From NCBI RefSeq assembly GCF_036321535.1, contig NC_087437.1, positions 91,824,001 through 91,888,000 of the forward strand: 64,000 nt of DNA, read 5' to 3'. The notes under the pieces are model-generated. The model searched no databases. It worked only from the letters and a program-made list of their open reading frames with translations, and was not told the origin of the DNA. How positions within the stretch are numbered: position 1 is the first letter of the stretch; each line of letters starts with the position of its first letter. The position numbers and the translations under genes are program-made. This document shows, piece by piece, positions 14,305 through 26,110 of the stretch. This stretch comes from Camelus dromedarius. Taxonomy: Eukaryota.

Positions 14305-14838
14305 ATTTATCTAATACTGTGTTACAAAGTACCCCCAAACTTAGCATCACAAAACAACAAACATTTATTATTTCATAGTTTCCTTACATCAAGAACTCAA
14401 CAGCAGCTTAGATGAATGATTCTGGCTTAGGGTCTCTCATAGACTGCAGTCAGGGCATCAGGCAGGGCTGCAGCTATCTGAATGTCTAAACAGAGCTGAA
14501 GGAGCAGCCCTTCCCAGGATGGCTTGCTAACATGGTTGTTGGCTACTTGCCTGCTTGTCATTAGTTATTGGCAGGAAGCTTTAGTTTCTCATCAAGTGGA
14601 CTCTTCTCGGGGATTCTTTGGTTTCCTTTCTACATGGCAGCTGGTGTCTCCCAGAGTGAGTGTTCGAACATACAGCAGTGTCCTTTAGGACCTAGCCTTT
14701 ACGACCTATCATCTTTTGTGCCATAATTGATTAATCATGGAAAACAACTCTGATATAAATGGGAGAGAAGATAAAGTAAGAGCATAAAAGCCAGGAAATA
14801 GAGTCATTGAGAACCGTCTTGGTTGCTGCCTTTTACAG
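14305..14838 (-). mobile_element. MLT1 (MaLR) solo LTR, older subfamily
   Basis: ctgtgttacaaagtacccccaaacttagc...aaaacaacaaacatttattatttcatagtttc...tctggcttagggtctctcat is the typical antisense MLT1 pattern. Confidence 0.8.
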
Positions 14839-15049
14839 ACTTAATCATTCTTACTTGTACATATGATTCTCAGCTCCCTCCTCCCAAAGAATTCCATGAT
14901 TTTCCAAGGTTAAATGATAAAATCCAAATTATTTTGCAAGCTGTAAAAGGCTATTCTCGATCAGGACCCTTTATAATGGGTCTCATTTCCTTCCCCATAG
15001 ATGGTTAACCGAGTTCCTACTCCATCATCTGACCAGTTTCTTGCCAAGA

Positions 15050-15235
15050 TGATGATGATGATATTTTTTCATATAACTTAATAATTGTCTGGAACTTTGT
15101 GTCAGACAATGATATAATCACTTTTTCTACATTAACTCATTACTACATTCAGAAAATATGATATTTGCACTATGATTCCCATTTTAAAGTTGAAAAAGCT
15201 AACACTTAATGGTTAGGTTCACCTAGCTGGTATGT
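15050..15235 (-). mobile_element. MIR SINE relic
   Basis: cccattttaaagttgaaaaagctaa resembles the MIR core. Confidence 0.55.
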
Positions 15236-15299
15236 ATTAGAAGAAAATTAAGGAGGTTAAATAAATTATATTTAGTTGCAGTTTTATTCAGCTGATCAT

Positions 15300-15618
15300 G
15301 CCAACCATTCTCTGTCCTTTCCATGAGCCACTTCTTATTTCTGGAATGATCATGTGAGTTTCTCACCACTTGGAAAGCTCTAATAACTTGGACATGTTCT
15401 ATTCATTTACTCATCAAAGTTCAACTTAAACATTATTTTCTGTGATTCCCAAATATAGGCTTATATTCCCTATTATGTCTTTCTTAATTTCATGAATATC
15501 TAATCAAAATACTGAATTTTGTTTTTACTTATAAGCTTTAACACAAGATTATAAGTTCCTTTCACTTATTTATAGGAGAGGAAACATATCCATGATTAAT
15601 AAATATTTGTTGAATAAT
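15300..15618 (+). mobile_element. L2 3' relic
   Basis: Ends in aataaatatttgttgaataa; gattataagttcc motif upstream. Confidence 0.55.
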
Positions 15619-15739
15619 TAGAATTATTAGTGGAGGAATTGACGTTGTTGGTTTATAAGACTGATAGTCCGTGAAAAGATTCAGATATAATACAGTAACA
15701 CATATATGGAAACAGAAAGGCATTTGGAATGATTATACT

Positions 15740-15952
15740 ACTACTACTAGGTAATATGTTTTGAATACTTACAAGTAATAAGCATAGTTCCGAATGGTTT
15801 TCAAATATATCATTAAAAATTTTTCCTTATCATTCTATGGAATATATAATGTTACTGTCACTATTTTACAGATGGCAAAAATGAGACACATATCTAATAA
15901 GTGGTAGAAAAGGATTTGAAACCAGGACTCTAATTCAAAATCTGTACTCTTA
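15740..15952 (-). mobile_element. MIR SINE relic
   Basis: attttacagatggcaaaaatgag core and taagtggtagaaaaggatttgaaaccagg tRNA-derived part. Confidence 0.75.
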
Positions 15953-17669
15953 GATCAGTGATTTGACAAGTCTTACCATAGTTTTGGTCTAGACCTCATT
16001 CGATAGAGAGCAAGAGGCCGTAGAAGACATTTTAACATGGGAGCAACGTGTTCAAATGATGTATTATGAAATTTATTATTTTTGCTGTGAAGAATTAATT
16101 GAGTTAAGAAGAATCTTGAGATCCAGAGAGAATACAGTTTATAAACCATAAACTTCTTATGTTGTTATTAGTATGTATAATAAGGAAAGACCATTTTAAA
16201 TTCTATTTTTCTCAAGGGACTTATGCTTCACTGCTTTCTGAATCAAGAAGCATACATAAAGATAATAGACTGAAATATAAAACAATAATATGAATTCATG
16301 TAGTTCAAAAAAGTTGAGAAAATTGAGGCCCGGATTTTGCTTGAGATTGTATGGCAATTTTAATGACAAAGCTTACATAAGGAGAACCCAGTTTTCTCAA
16401 TTCTGCTATATTTCTCCCAATCAAAACACCGTTAGTCATTAGTAAGAAATATCTTGCTATAGTAAGAAAAGTTTAACTTCCAGGTCTATGAAAACATGAA
16501 ATAATCAAGAAAAGTTGGTGTTTGGAAACTATTCCCAGTGAGTAATTACACCATATAATTTAAATATCACTCTTTAGACTAAAAAATAAGTGTCAGTGCA
16601 TATTAAATATGCACATTCATGGAAAGTAAACAGGTGATCTTCAAGTATTTTGTTTTACTTTTGGTTTTAGCATTTGGTCAGTATTTCTTATATTGAGTTT
16701 CTAAGTTTTAAAAGCTTTTAAAATTGTTTTTATTATCCTTATACTTTCCAGAGTAGACAGTTATGCATTTCATATATTTAAGTGTAAAATACTTCAAATC
16801 CATCATGCTAAAATTGCAGTACAATGTCAGATAAGGAATATCTTAATAATTTTCTAACATATATTCTAGCAACCCATTTATTATAATAATGAATCTTATG
16901 CAGGAAACTTCAAGTCCCAAGTGTGAGCAAGATTAAATCTGCTTTCTCTTCCTCAAGATGCAGCAAATGAATGTTATTAGTGACATTTGAACTCCTATGC
17001 TGTCTCTCATTTCTAAGGTATATGCCAGTAATACTAAAAAATCCTATGTCATAAAAATAAGTTTTTCACAAGATTCATGGACTTTGCTAGTGATCCTTTC
17101 ACCTTTCAGACTCTTTCAAATGTAGTTTATATCGATTGTGACACAAAATCATTATGGAATAACCTTGCTTCATGGAAAGTGAACGGGTGGTCTCTGTTAA
17201 GTGTCCCCACATAGCTGACTATATAATAAGTAACGCCATGGCTTGTTTCAACACTGAAGTCAAAGGTTGAGTCTGGATACAAATGAAATTCTATTACATA
17301 ACTTTGAGGGAAAATCAAATTCCCCAAGTTGGAAGTATTATCTTCTTCATCAGAGCTTTCACAATAATAATAATTTACCTGCCTAGCTTTTTTGGTGCCT
17401 CTCACTTCCTACCTTGTATTTTAGCTATTCATAAACAAATTTTCACTCAAATCTCTTGAGAGTAGGATTTTTGTCATATTTACCTTTGCATTGCTCTGAG
17501 CAAATAACATAGTAGACCAAAAACATATTTATAACTCAACCAAACTTTGTTAAACATGTAAGTGAATCAATTTTATTGAAATGGATTTTTGCCATTAGAG
17601 ACAGAAAGAGGATAATTTCAAATATTCCATATGGCCTTTTGCTTAAAATAAAATGATTGTTTTACAATT

Positions 17670-19810
17670 TGTCATCAGGGATCAATGAGAGAAACAGAAT
17701 CATGGGAGATACATGTTAAGAGAATCATTGTAAGAAACTAATATATGCAAATGTGAAAGTAGGCAAGGTAAGTCCAAAATCAGTAATGCCACAACATCAG
17801 TGATCACAGAGTGGAACTCCCAAACTACAAGCTGGAGCTACTATCCACAGGGAGAATATTTTCTTCTCCAGGGAGGCCTTCAGTTCTGCTTTTAAGGGCT
17901 TTGAACTAACTGAATAAGACCCATCCAGATTACCTGGGATAATCTCCCTTAAAGTCATCTGACTATGAAGTTTAATCACATCAATGACATCCCTTCACTG
18001 CAAAACCCGGATTAGTTTTTTTAAAATATGTTTTCATTGAAGTATAGTCAGTTTATAATGTGTCAATTTCTGGTGTACAGCATAGTACTTCAAGTTATAT
18101 AGTAACATACATATATTCATTTTCTTGTTCTTTTTAACCATAAGTTACTACGAGATACTGAGTATAGTTCCCTGTGCTATATACAGTATTAACTTGTTGT
18201 TTATCTATTTAAATATGGTACTTAGCAACTGCAAATCTCAAACTCTCAATTTATCTCTTCCCACCCTCTTTCCTCACTGATAACCATGTTTGTTTTCTAT
18301 TTCTGTGCCAACCTGTTTCTGTTTTGTAAATAAGTTTGCTTTTTTTTTTTTAAGATTCCACATATAAGAGAAATCATATGGTATTTTTCTTTCTCTTTCT
18401 GGCTTACTTCATTTAGTATGACATTCTCCAGGTGCATCCATGTTGCTTGACATGATTTTATTATTTTTCATGGCTGAGTAGTATTCCATTGTATAAATAT
18501 ACCACAGCTTCTTTATCCAGTCATCTGTCAGCGGACATTTAGGTTATTTTCATGTCTTGGCTACTGTAAATAGTGCTTCTGTGAACACTGGAGTGCATGT
18601 ATCTTTTTGAATTAAGGTTCCCTCTGGATATGTGCCAAGGAGTGGGATTGCTGGATCATATGTTAAGTCTATTTTTAGTATTTTGAGGAATCTCCATATT
18701 GTTTTCCATAATGGCTTCACCAAGCTACATTCCATCAACAGTGTAGGAGGGTTCCCTTTTCTCCACGCCCTTTCCAGCATTTATCATTTGTAGACTTTTG
18801 AATGATGGCCATTCTGACTGGTATGAGGTGATACCTCATTATAGTTTTTATTTGCATTTCTCTGATAATTAGTGATATTGAGCATTTTTTCATGTGCCTA
18901 TTGGCCATTTGCATGTTTTCTTTGGACAATTGCTTGTGTAGGTCTTCTGTGCATTTTTGGATTGTGTTTGTTTTTTGTTATTAAGTTGTATAAGCTGTTT
19001 ATATATTCTGGAAATTAAGCCCTTGTCAGTCTCATCTTTTGCAAATATTTCCTCCCTTTCTGTAGGTGGTCTTTTTGTTTTGCTTGTGGTTTCCTTTGCT
19101 GTGCAAAAGCTTGTAAGTTTAATTAGGTCCCATTTGTTTATTTTTGCTTTTATTTCTATTGGTTGGGTAGATTGTCCTAGGAGAACACTGGCTGAGATTT
19201 ATGTTGGATAATGTTTTGCCTGTTTTCTTCTAAGAGGTTTATAGTGTCTTGTATTATGTTTAAGTCTTTAAGCCATTTTGAGTTTACTTTCCATATTTGT
19301 ATATGGTGTGAGGGAGTATTCTAATTTCATTGATCTACATACAGCTGTCCAGCTTTCCCAACACCATTTGCTGAAGAGACTGTCTTTACTCCATTGTATG
19401 TTCTTGCCTCCTTTGTCAAAGATTAATTGACCGAAAGTTTGTGGGTTTATTTCTGGGCTCTTTATTCTGTTCTACTGATTGATTGATATATCTGGTTTTG
19501 TATCAATAACATGCTTTTTGATTACTGTAGCTCTGTAATATTGTCTGAAGTCTGGGTTATTTCTCCAGCTTCATTCTTTTTCTTCAATATTGCTTTGGCA
19601 ATTCTGGGTGATTTTGTGATTCCATATAAATTTTAGGATTACTTGTTCTAATTCTGTGAAAAATGTCCTGGGTAATTTGATAGGGATCACATTAAATCTG
19701 TAGATTGCTTTGGGTGTATGACTATTCTAACAATATTAATTCTTGCAGATTAGTTTTTGATTGAATAACTGAAGATTATAGCTTAGCCAAGTTGACAATG
19801 ACCATTACAT
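17670..19810 (-). mobile_element. MLT2 (ERVL) solo LTR split by an L1 insertion
   Basis: Left half gagaaacagaatc...cttaaagtcatctgact...ttaatcacatc (17670-18020). Right half gattagtttttgattgaataactg...agccaagttgaca (19748-19810). Confidence 0.8.
18021..19747 (-). mobile_element. 5'-truncated lineage-specific L1 (ORF2 C-terminus + 3' UTR)
   Basis: Track ORFs give ORF2 C-terminal motifs ([20 protein letters not shown]). 11-bp TSD gattagttttt at 18010-18020 and 19748-19758. Confidence 0.92.
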
Positions 19811-19984
19811 AGGTTGATGACTCATGTCAAATAGTACATGCTGATCAGGAAATGTAAACCAGCTATTTGTCTGACATGACTAATCAGAATACCAAATCAC
19901 ATATAGAACTACCAGATAAATCTCTCTTGCACCTAAGATATTATCAAGGTTTAGTCAAACTCCAAGTTAAATTTTCATTTTTGC

Positions 19985-20060
19985 CAGACTGCCAAGTCTG
20001 CCTAAGACTTCTGACACCAACTGCAAGTTGAAAGGTCCATAGGGTCATCCTAACTTTGGA
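19985..20060. mobile_element. Short LTR relic (MER21/MER77-like)
   Basis: gacttctgacaccaactgcaagtt motif recalled from ERVL-class LTRs. Confidence 0.4.
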
Positions 20061-21699
20061 ACAACATATTATTGAGATTTGGTTTTCTTCACCCTTATGT
20101 CAGCAATACATTTCCCACTTGACTTCCTGACCTGTGATGACATCCAGCTGGAAGCCCCTAATTCTGTCCTAGACTACTTGGGCATGTGAACATAAAATTT
20201 TACCTGATGCCTCAGGGTGTCTCCAAGTTTTGTTTTGAAACTTTCAGTGAGGAATTTCTAACCAAGCAATACTGAACATTTCTGTTTGTCAATAAGAAGG
20301 TCTTTTTTGAATTAACCTATTTTTGAAAATTCTGAAAACTGTCTTTCTCAACTATGGACATATTACTGTCTTTAATCATTTTGATTTATCCAGCCTTGGT
20401 GACCTTTAAACAGGATCAAGTGACTACAAATCTTGTAATTGTTTTCTACTAGGAATTGACTAGACCATTTCCATAGCAGAAAATAATTTGTAGTAGAAGT
20501 TGAACAAGAGTGCTATTCCTTTCTCTACCATTAATTTAAAAAGTAGGATTTGCATATTAATCAGCACAGTATGGCAGCAAACAATTACTACAATGATCAT
20601 TAATTCTGTATTATCCCAACTGAACTTTCAGATCTGGTTACTGAACCTCATGTATAAGATGAAAAATATTCAGTACTGAAGGCTGTATAAGGCTGATGTA
20701 CTTAGGAAATGATGGACCTGTGAAATTATTATTTTTCTATGCTTCTTTCTGTACAAATTCACAGATATTATAAAATATACTACTTTGACTTTATTATTAA
20801 GTATTTGAAAAGACTAAAAATTCCAGAGCTTAGGTCTGCTTTCACATACCACACAGCATTATCATCTTAGGGTGAAAAGTCATAGCTTGTGAAAATCTTT
20901 CTAAATATTCTGCATATTGTGTTTGTCTAACCTTTCATAATTGACATTTTCCTATTTGACCCCAGTGGGAAATTATGTTTTCAGCCCTTATTCATTGATG
21001 TACCTGGAATTAATGTGCTTTGTCAATGATGGAACTGTGTAGTTGGTGATCAGTGTTTGCAAACATAGGCAACATTAAGAATGTAATTTTTACAAAATAT
21101 AATGCTGCTTTATTCCTGGGTGAAGGAGTGTAGTAAAGAAGTATAGAGGATAACAACTGGTATTGCTTACAGAATATAATATACATTTTCATCTTACAGG
21201 AAGTAGCAATTACTTATATTGAACAAAATTACCCAATACATAATTGAAACTACAGTAAGAAAGGAAAAGAATGTTCATATTAAGATAGTGAATTGTTAGA
21301 GACCACAAGATAATTACAAGACAATGAAAAGTACATGTCCCATATTCATTTTTTAAGAAGGACAAATAAAAACAATCCTGCTTTGTGTCCACAGTGCTAA
21401 TTTTAAAATCCTGTGTCCTGCTTGACAGTAACCAAGAAGATTCCATTGCTCAGAGTCCACAATTCTATCCCTTCTATTAATGACACATAGTAAAACAAAC
21501 CCAGAAAAAGTAAAAAGTAGATGATGATCTGCATTATGCTACTGCTACTGTTGCAGAAAAGGTAGGCAATATTTATCACAATTACACTTGTTCTGATGAA
21601 ATGGCAAATGGCAACTTTCATGAAAATATCAATCTTATTCTTCATTTTAGTGTGAGTGTACATAATCTGCTGTTTTCTATTTTTTACAATTGTTATCTT

Positions 21700-22770
21700 G
21701 TTCTCCAGGACTTGGATTTTCATCCTGCTAACAATGCCTTTCAATGAATAGAAATCTAGTATGTTAATTATTTTCTGTTCTTCATACTTTTTGTATTCCA
21801 TCCAAGGAAACCATGCCCACCCCAAGTTTAGCAAGATTTTTTCACAGGTATTTTAGAGTTTTAGCCCTTACATGAAGATACTTTATCAAGATTTAGTTCA
21901 TTGCTGTGCAGAGCTTCTGTTAAGGATCAAAATGTACCTTTGTCTATTGAGAACTCTAGTTGTTTCAACACCGTTTGTTGAAAAGACTTTTATTCTCCCA
22001 CAGAGTCACATCAGTAACTTTGTCAAAGTCCATCAATCATATATGCATGGGTCTAATTTTGAACTTTGTTATTTCATTGATCTAAATATCTGCCCTTAAA
22101 TTAAGCCTTGTAATCAGATAGTGAAATCTCACATCTTTTTCTTAGTTATCAGTGTAGCTTCTCCTATTACAGGTTACTTATATTTTCATAAATATTTTTG
22201 AGTCAGTCATCAATTTCTTCAAGTCCCTGTTGGAAATCAACTGGGAGTACGTTGAATCTACAAATCTACTATAAAGGATTGATATCTTAATCATATTGAG
22301 TGTTCTGTTCTTTGAAAATTGTGTTTCTATTTATTTGGGTCCTCTAACTTTAAGTCTGAATTTGTAGTTTTAGTATTAAGTTTTAAAACATATCTTTTCA
22401 ATTTAATCTTAAATATTAAACATTACTTTTTTATACATCATTTTCCAAGAATCTAAAAATTATTTATAGCTTTAATTAGTTTTGGTAAATTGGCCTTGTA
22501 GCTTACAAGCATGATAATTTAAAATAATAGCTCATGGAGTTTTCCTGAAGAATTTTTGGATTTTCTTCTACACACATAACCATATTACCTGTGAATTGAA
22601 ACATATTTACTTCTTTACAATCTGTATACATTTTATTTGGTATTTTTGTCTTACTGAAATGGCAAGGATTTCCAAATTACTTTGAATAGAACAAAGAATG
22701 TGGAAATTCATGGCTTAGTCATTATCTTAGAGGGAACATTAAAGTTGTTTTTTTAAAACTGTGTTATAAA
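21700..22770 (-). mobile_element. Ancient L1 ORF2 fragment
   Basis: Antisense ORF2 motifs ccgtttgttgaaaagact, gttgaatctacaaatc and ttttggattttc. Confidence 0.75.
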
Positions 22771-22773
22771 GCC

Positions 22774-25225
22774 TTTTTACCTACCTATCCATTCATCCAG
22801 CCACCCACCCTTCAATCCATCCGTCGAGGAACATACCTCCCTATCCACCCACCTTTCTTTCTCTCCCTCCCATCCCATCCACATACCTATCTAGCTAGCT
22901 GTCTTTTAGCCTTCCTATCCACCCACCCACCTATCTTTTTACCCACCTAACCATTCGCCCAGCCACTCACCTTTGATCCACCCACCTACGAACCTACGTC
23001 CCTATCACACATTTTCCTTCTTTCATTCCTTTCTTTCTCTTTCTCTCTCCCCCACCCTCTGTCCCCATTCACCCATCTATCAGTAAATCGATCCATCTAT
23101 GTATTTAAATTTTAGCATATCTAGCTACTCACCCATCTATGTATGTTTCTTTTTACCTACCTATCCATTGATCTAGCCACCCACCCATCTTGATTGATTG
23201 CTTTCTTTCTCCCCACCCCTCCTCCCCATCTACCCACCTCTCTGTCTTTTAACATACCTAGCCACCCACCCATATTTCTTTTTTCCTTCCTTTCTCTCTC
23301 TCCCTCACTCCATCCCTCCTCATACACTCATCCACCTATCTATGAACCTACCTCCTTATCCAACCATCTTCCTCCCTCTGTCCCTCACCTGATACACCCA
23401 TCTATCTATATTTTAGCCTACCTATCCACCAACCCACCTGTCTATCTTTTTAACTACCTCTCCATTCATCTAGTCACCCACTGATGAATATACCTATTTA
23501 CCCATCCATCTTTTTTTCTCTCTCCCTTCATCCCTCCCCATTCCCCCACCTATCAGCCTACTTATCCACCCACCCATCTTTTTACCTACCTATCCATTGG
23601 TCTAGCCACCTACCCTTTGATCCATCCATCTACCAACCTACCTTTCTATCCAACCACCCACCTTTCTTTGTTTCTCTCTCTCTCCCTCCTTCCCCATCCA
23701 CCTTTTTTGCCTAACTATTCATTCATCCAGCCACCCACCCTTCCATTCATCCACTAACCCACGTCCCTATCCACCCACCCGTCAGTCTTTCTTTCTCACT
23801 TTCCCTGTTTCTCTCTCTACCCACGCTTCCCAAACCACCCTATCTTTTTACCTACCTATCCACCCACCAATCTATCTATCTTTTTTCCTTTCTCTCTCTC
23901 CACCCCCCTCATTCTCACTCTCACTCTTTCTATTAGCATATTTATCCAGCCACCCAACTTTTGACCCATCCATCCAAGAAACTACCTCCCTATCCACCCA
24001 CCTTCTTTCTTTCTTTCTCTTTTCCCTCTTTCTTCCTCCCTCTGCATCCACCCATCTCTCTATCAGTCTTTTAGCCTACCTATCCATTCGTCCAGCCAAA
24101 AGCCCTTTGATCCATCCAACTAGAACCTTCCTCCTTATCCACTCACTTTCCTTCCTTCCTCTCTCTCTCCCGGACTCCCTCTCCATTCATATACCTATCT
24201 ATCAGCATATCTAGCCACCCACCCATTTTTACCTACCTATCAATTTGTCAAGCCACCCACCCTTCAATCCATCAGTCTATCTTTCTCCCTCTCCTTCCCT
24301 TCACTCCTCCCCATCCCCCATCTATCTGTTTTTTTTTTTACCTACCTATCCATTCGTCCAGTCATTCACTCTTCGTTCCATCCATGTATGAACCTACCTC
24401 CCTATCCAGACACTCACCCACCTAGCTTGCATGCTTGCTTGCTTTCTCTGTTGCTCTTTCTCTCTCTCACTTCCCATCCACCCATCTTTTTATCTACATA
24501 TCCGTTGGTCTAGTCACCCACCCTTCAATCCATCCATCTGCGAACTACCTCCTTATCCACCACCCACCTTTCTTTCTTCTTTCCTTCATTCCTTCTCTCT
24601 CTCTCTGCCTCTGTCCCTCCCCATGCACCCTCCTATATCTATTAGACTACCTATCCCCCCACCCACCCATCTTTTTCTATCTCTCTCCACCTCACCCCTC
24701 CCTCCCCATCCACCTATCTAGCTAGCTAGCTCTCAGCCTACCTATCCACTCACCCATGTATTTTTACCTACCTATCCATACGTCCAGCCACCCACCTTTT
24801 GATCCATCCATTTGTGAAACTCCCTCCCTATCTACCCGTCCATCTTTCTCTCTCTCCCCCTCCCTCCCCATCTCCCACCTATCTACCTGTCTACCCTACC
24901 TATCCACCCACCAACCTAGCTATCTGTCTTTTTACCTACGTATCTATACGTCCAGTCACCTACTCTTCGATCCATCCAAGAAGCTACCTCCCTATCCAGA
25001 CACCCACTCACCCAGCTTGCTTGATTGCTTGCTTCCTTTCTCTCTCTCCCCCTCCCTCTGTCCCTCTTCATCCCACTATCTGTCTGTCTTTCTGCCTGCC
25101 TATCTATCTGCATGTCTAGCCACCCACCCATCTATCTACCTTCCTTCCTTCCTTTCTCTCTCTCTTTCTCCCTTCCTCCCCATCCACCCACCTATCTTTC
25201 AGCCTTCTTATCCACCCATCTGTGA
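22774..25225. repeat. Complex pyrimidine-rich tandem array (compound CCTA/CCAT/CCAC/CT motifs with a recurring ~70-bp core)
   Basis: About 14 degenerate copies of ttttacctacctatccattc(g/a)tccagccacccaccctt(c/t)(g/a)atccatcc...acctacctccctatcc, separated by variable CT-rich spacers. Confidence 0.9.
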
Positions 25226-25279
25226 CTGGTGCTTTCTGTCTTAGGACTATATCCAATAAAGAAACTTAATCAATATTTA

Positions 25280-26110
25280 ATAACCTTTTCAGATTGTGTA
25301 TTTATTTCTTCTCATATGAGTTTTGGTAAATTTTGTCTTTCAAGGAATTGGTTTATTTCATCTTGGTTATCAAATTTTTGGAAATAGTTTATCATAGGAC
25401 ATCTTTTATTATCCTTAAATGGCCATATTATCTGTGCTGATGTAGCCTTTCTCCTTTCTGTTATTTTGATAATTTATGTACTTTTTTTTTTATAATCAAT
25501 TTGGCTAGAGGCTTATTGATTCCATTGATCTTTTTAGGGAGCCTGCTTTATTCACGAACATCTGTATTGATTCCTGTTTTTAATTTCATTGACTTCTCTA
25601 ATTCTTGTTATTTCTTTCTCTGTTCAATTTGGATTTAATTTACTCTCTTTTATCTAGTTTTCTAAGATGAAAAATTAGTTTTATTAAGACATTTCTTCTT
25701 TTCTAACATATTCATTCAATCTATAATTTTCTCTATATGCATTGCTTTTGCAGCATCCCACAAATTTTGGTAAGTTGTGTCTTCACTTAGTTCAAAATAT
25801 TTTAATTTCTTTTGGGATTTCTTCTTTGACCCATGTGTTATTTAAAAATATGTTTTTAATCTCCATGTATTTTGAGATTTTTCCAGTTATCCTTTTGTTA
25901 TTGGTGTATGCTTTCATTCCATGATGGCCTGAGAACAGATATTGTATGATTCATATTCTTCTAAATTTGTTAAGAATGTTTTGTGGAACAGAACATTGTC
26001 TATTTTGTTGAATGTTCCTGGTGAGCTTAAAACGAACATGTGTTCTCCTGGCTGAATATACTAGTCTATAGATGTCAGTTATACCTAGTTTCTTAGTGGT
26101 AGTTTTGAAT
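25280..26110 (-). mobile_element. Old L1 ORF2 fragment
   Basis: ttttgtctttcaaggaattgg, gcttttgcagcatcccacaaattttgg (LWDAAKA in antisense) and tttgacccatgtg. Confidence 0.85.

Noticed and set aside
17110..17265. 156-bp exon-like segment (cctttcacctttcAG ... aagGTtgag) and overlapping 92-aa minus-strand ORF 17127..17405
   Set aside because: All three plus frames contain stops, the donor is weak, and neither translation resembles a protein I recognise. It could at most be a non-coding exon.
21010..21834. Minus-strand ORFs of 60-143 aa
   Set aside because: AT-rich chance ORFs, partly overlapping an L1 relic, with no recognisable domain.
22774..25225. CRISPR-like repeat/spacer appearance
   Set aside because: Cores are degenerate, spacers are low-complexity and variable in length, the context is mammalian and there are no cas genes.
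23194..25244. Pro/Ser/Leu/His-rich ORFs
   Set aside because: These are by-products of a G-poor repeat that rarely forms stop codons.
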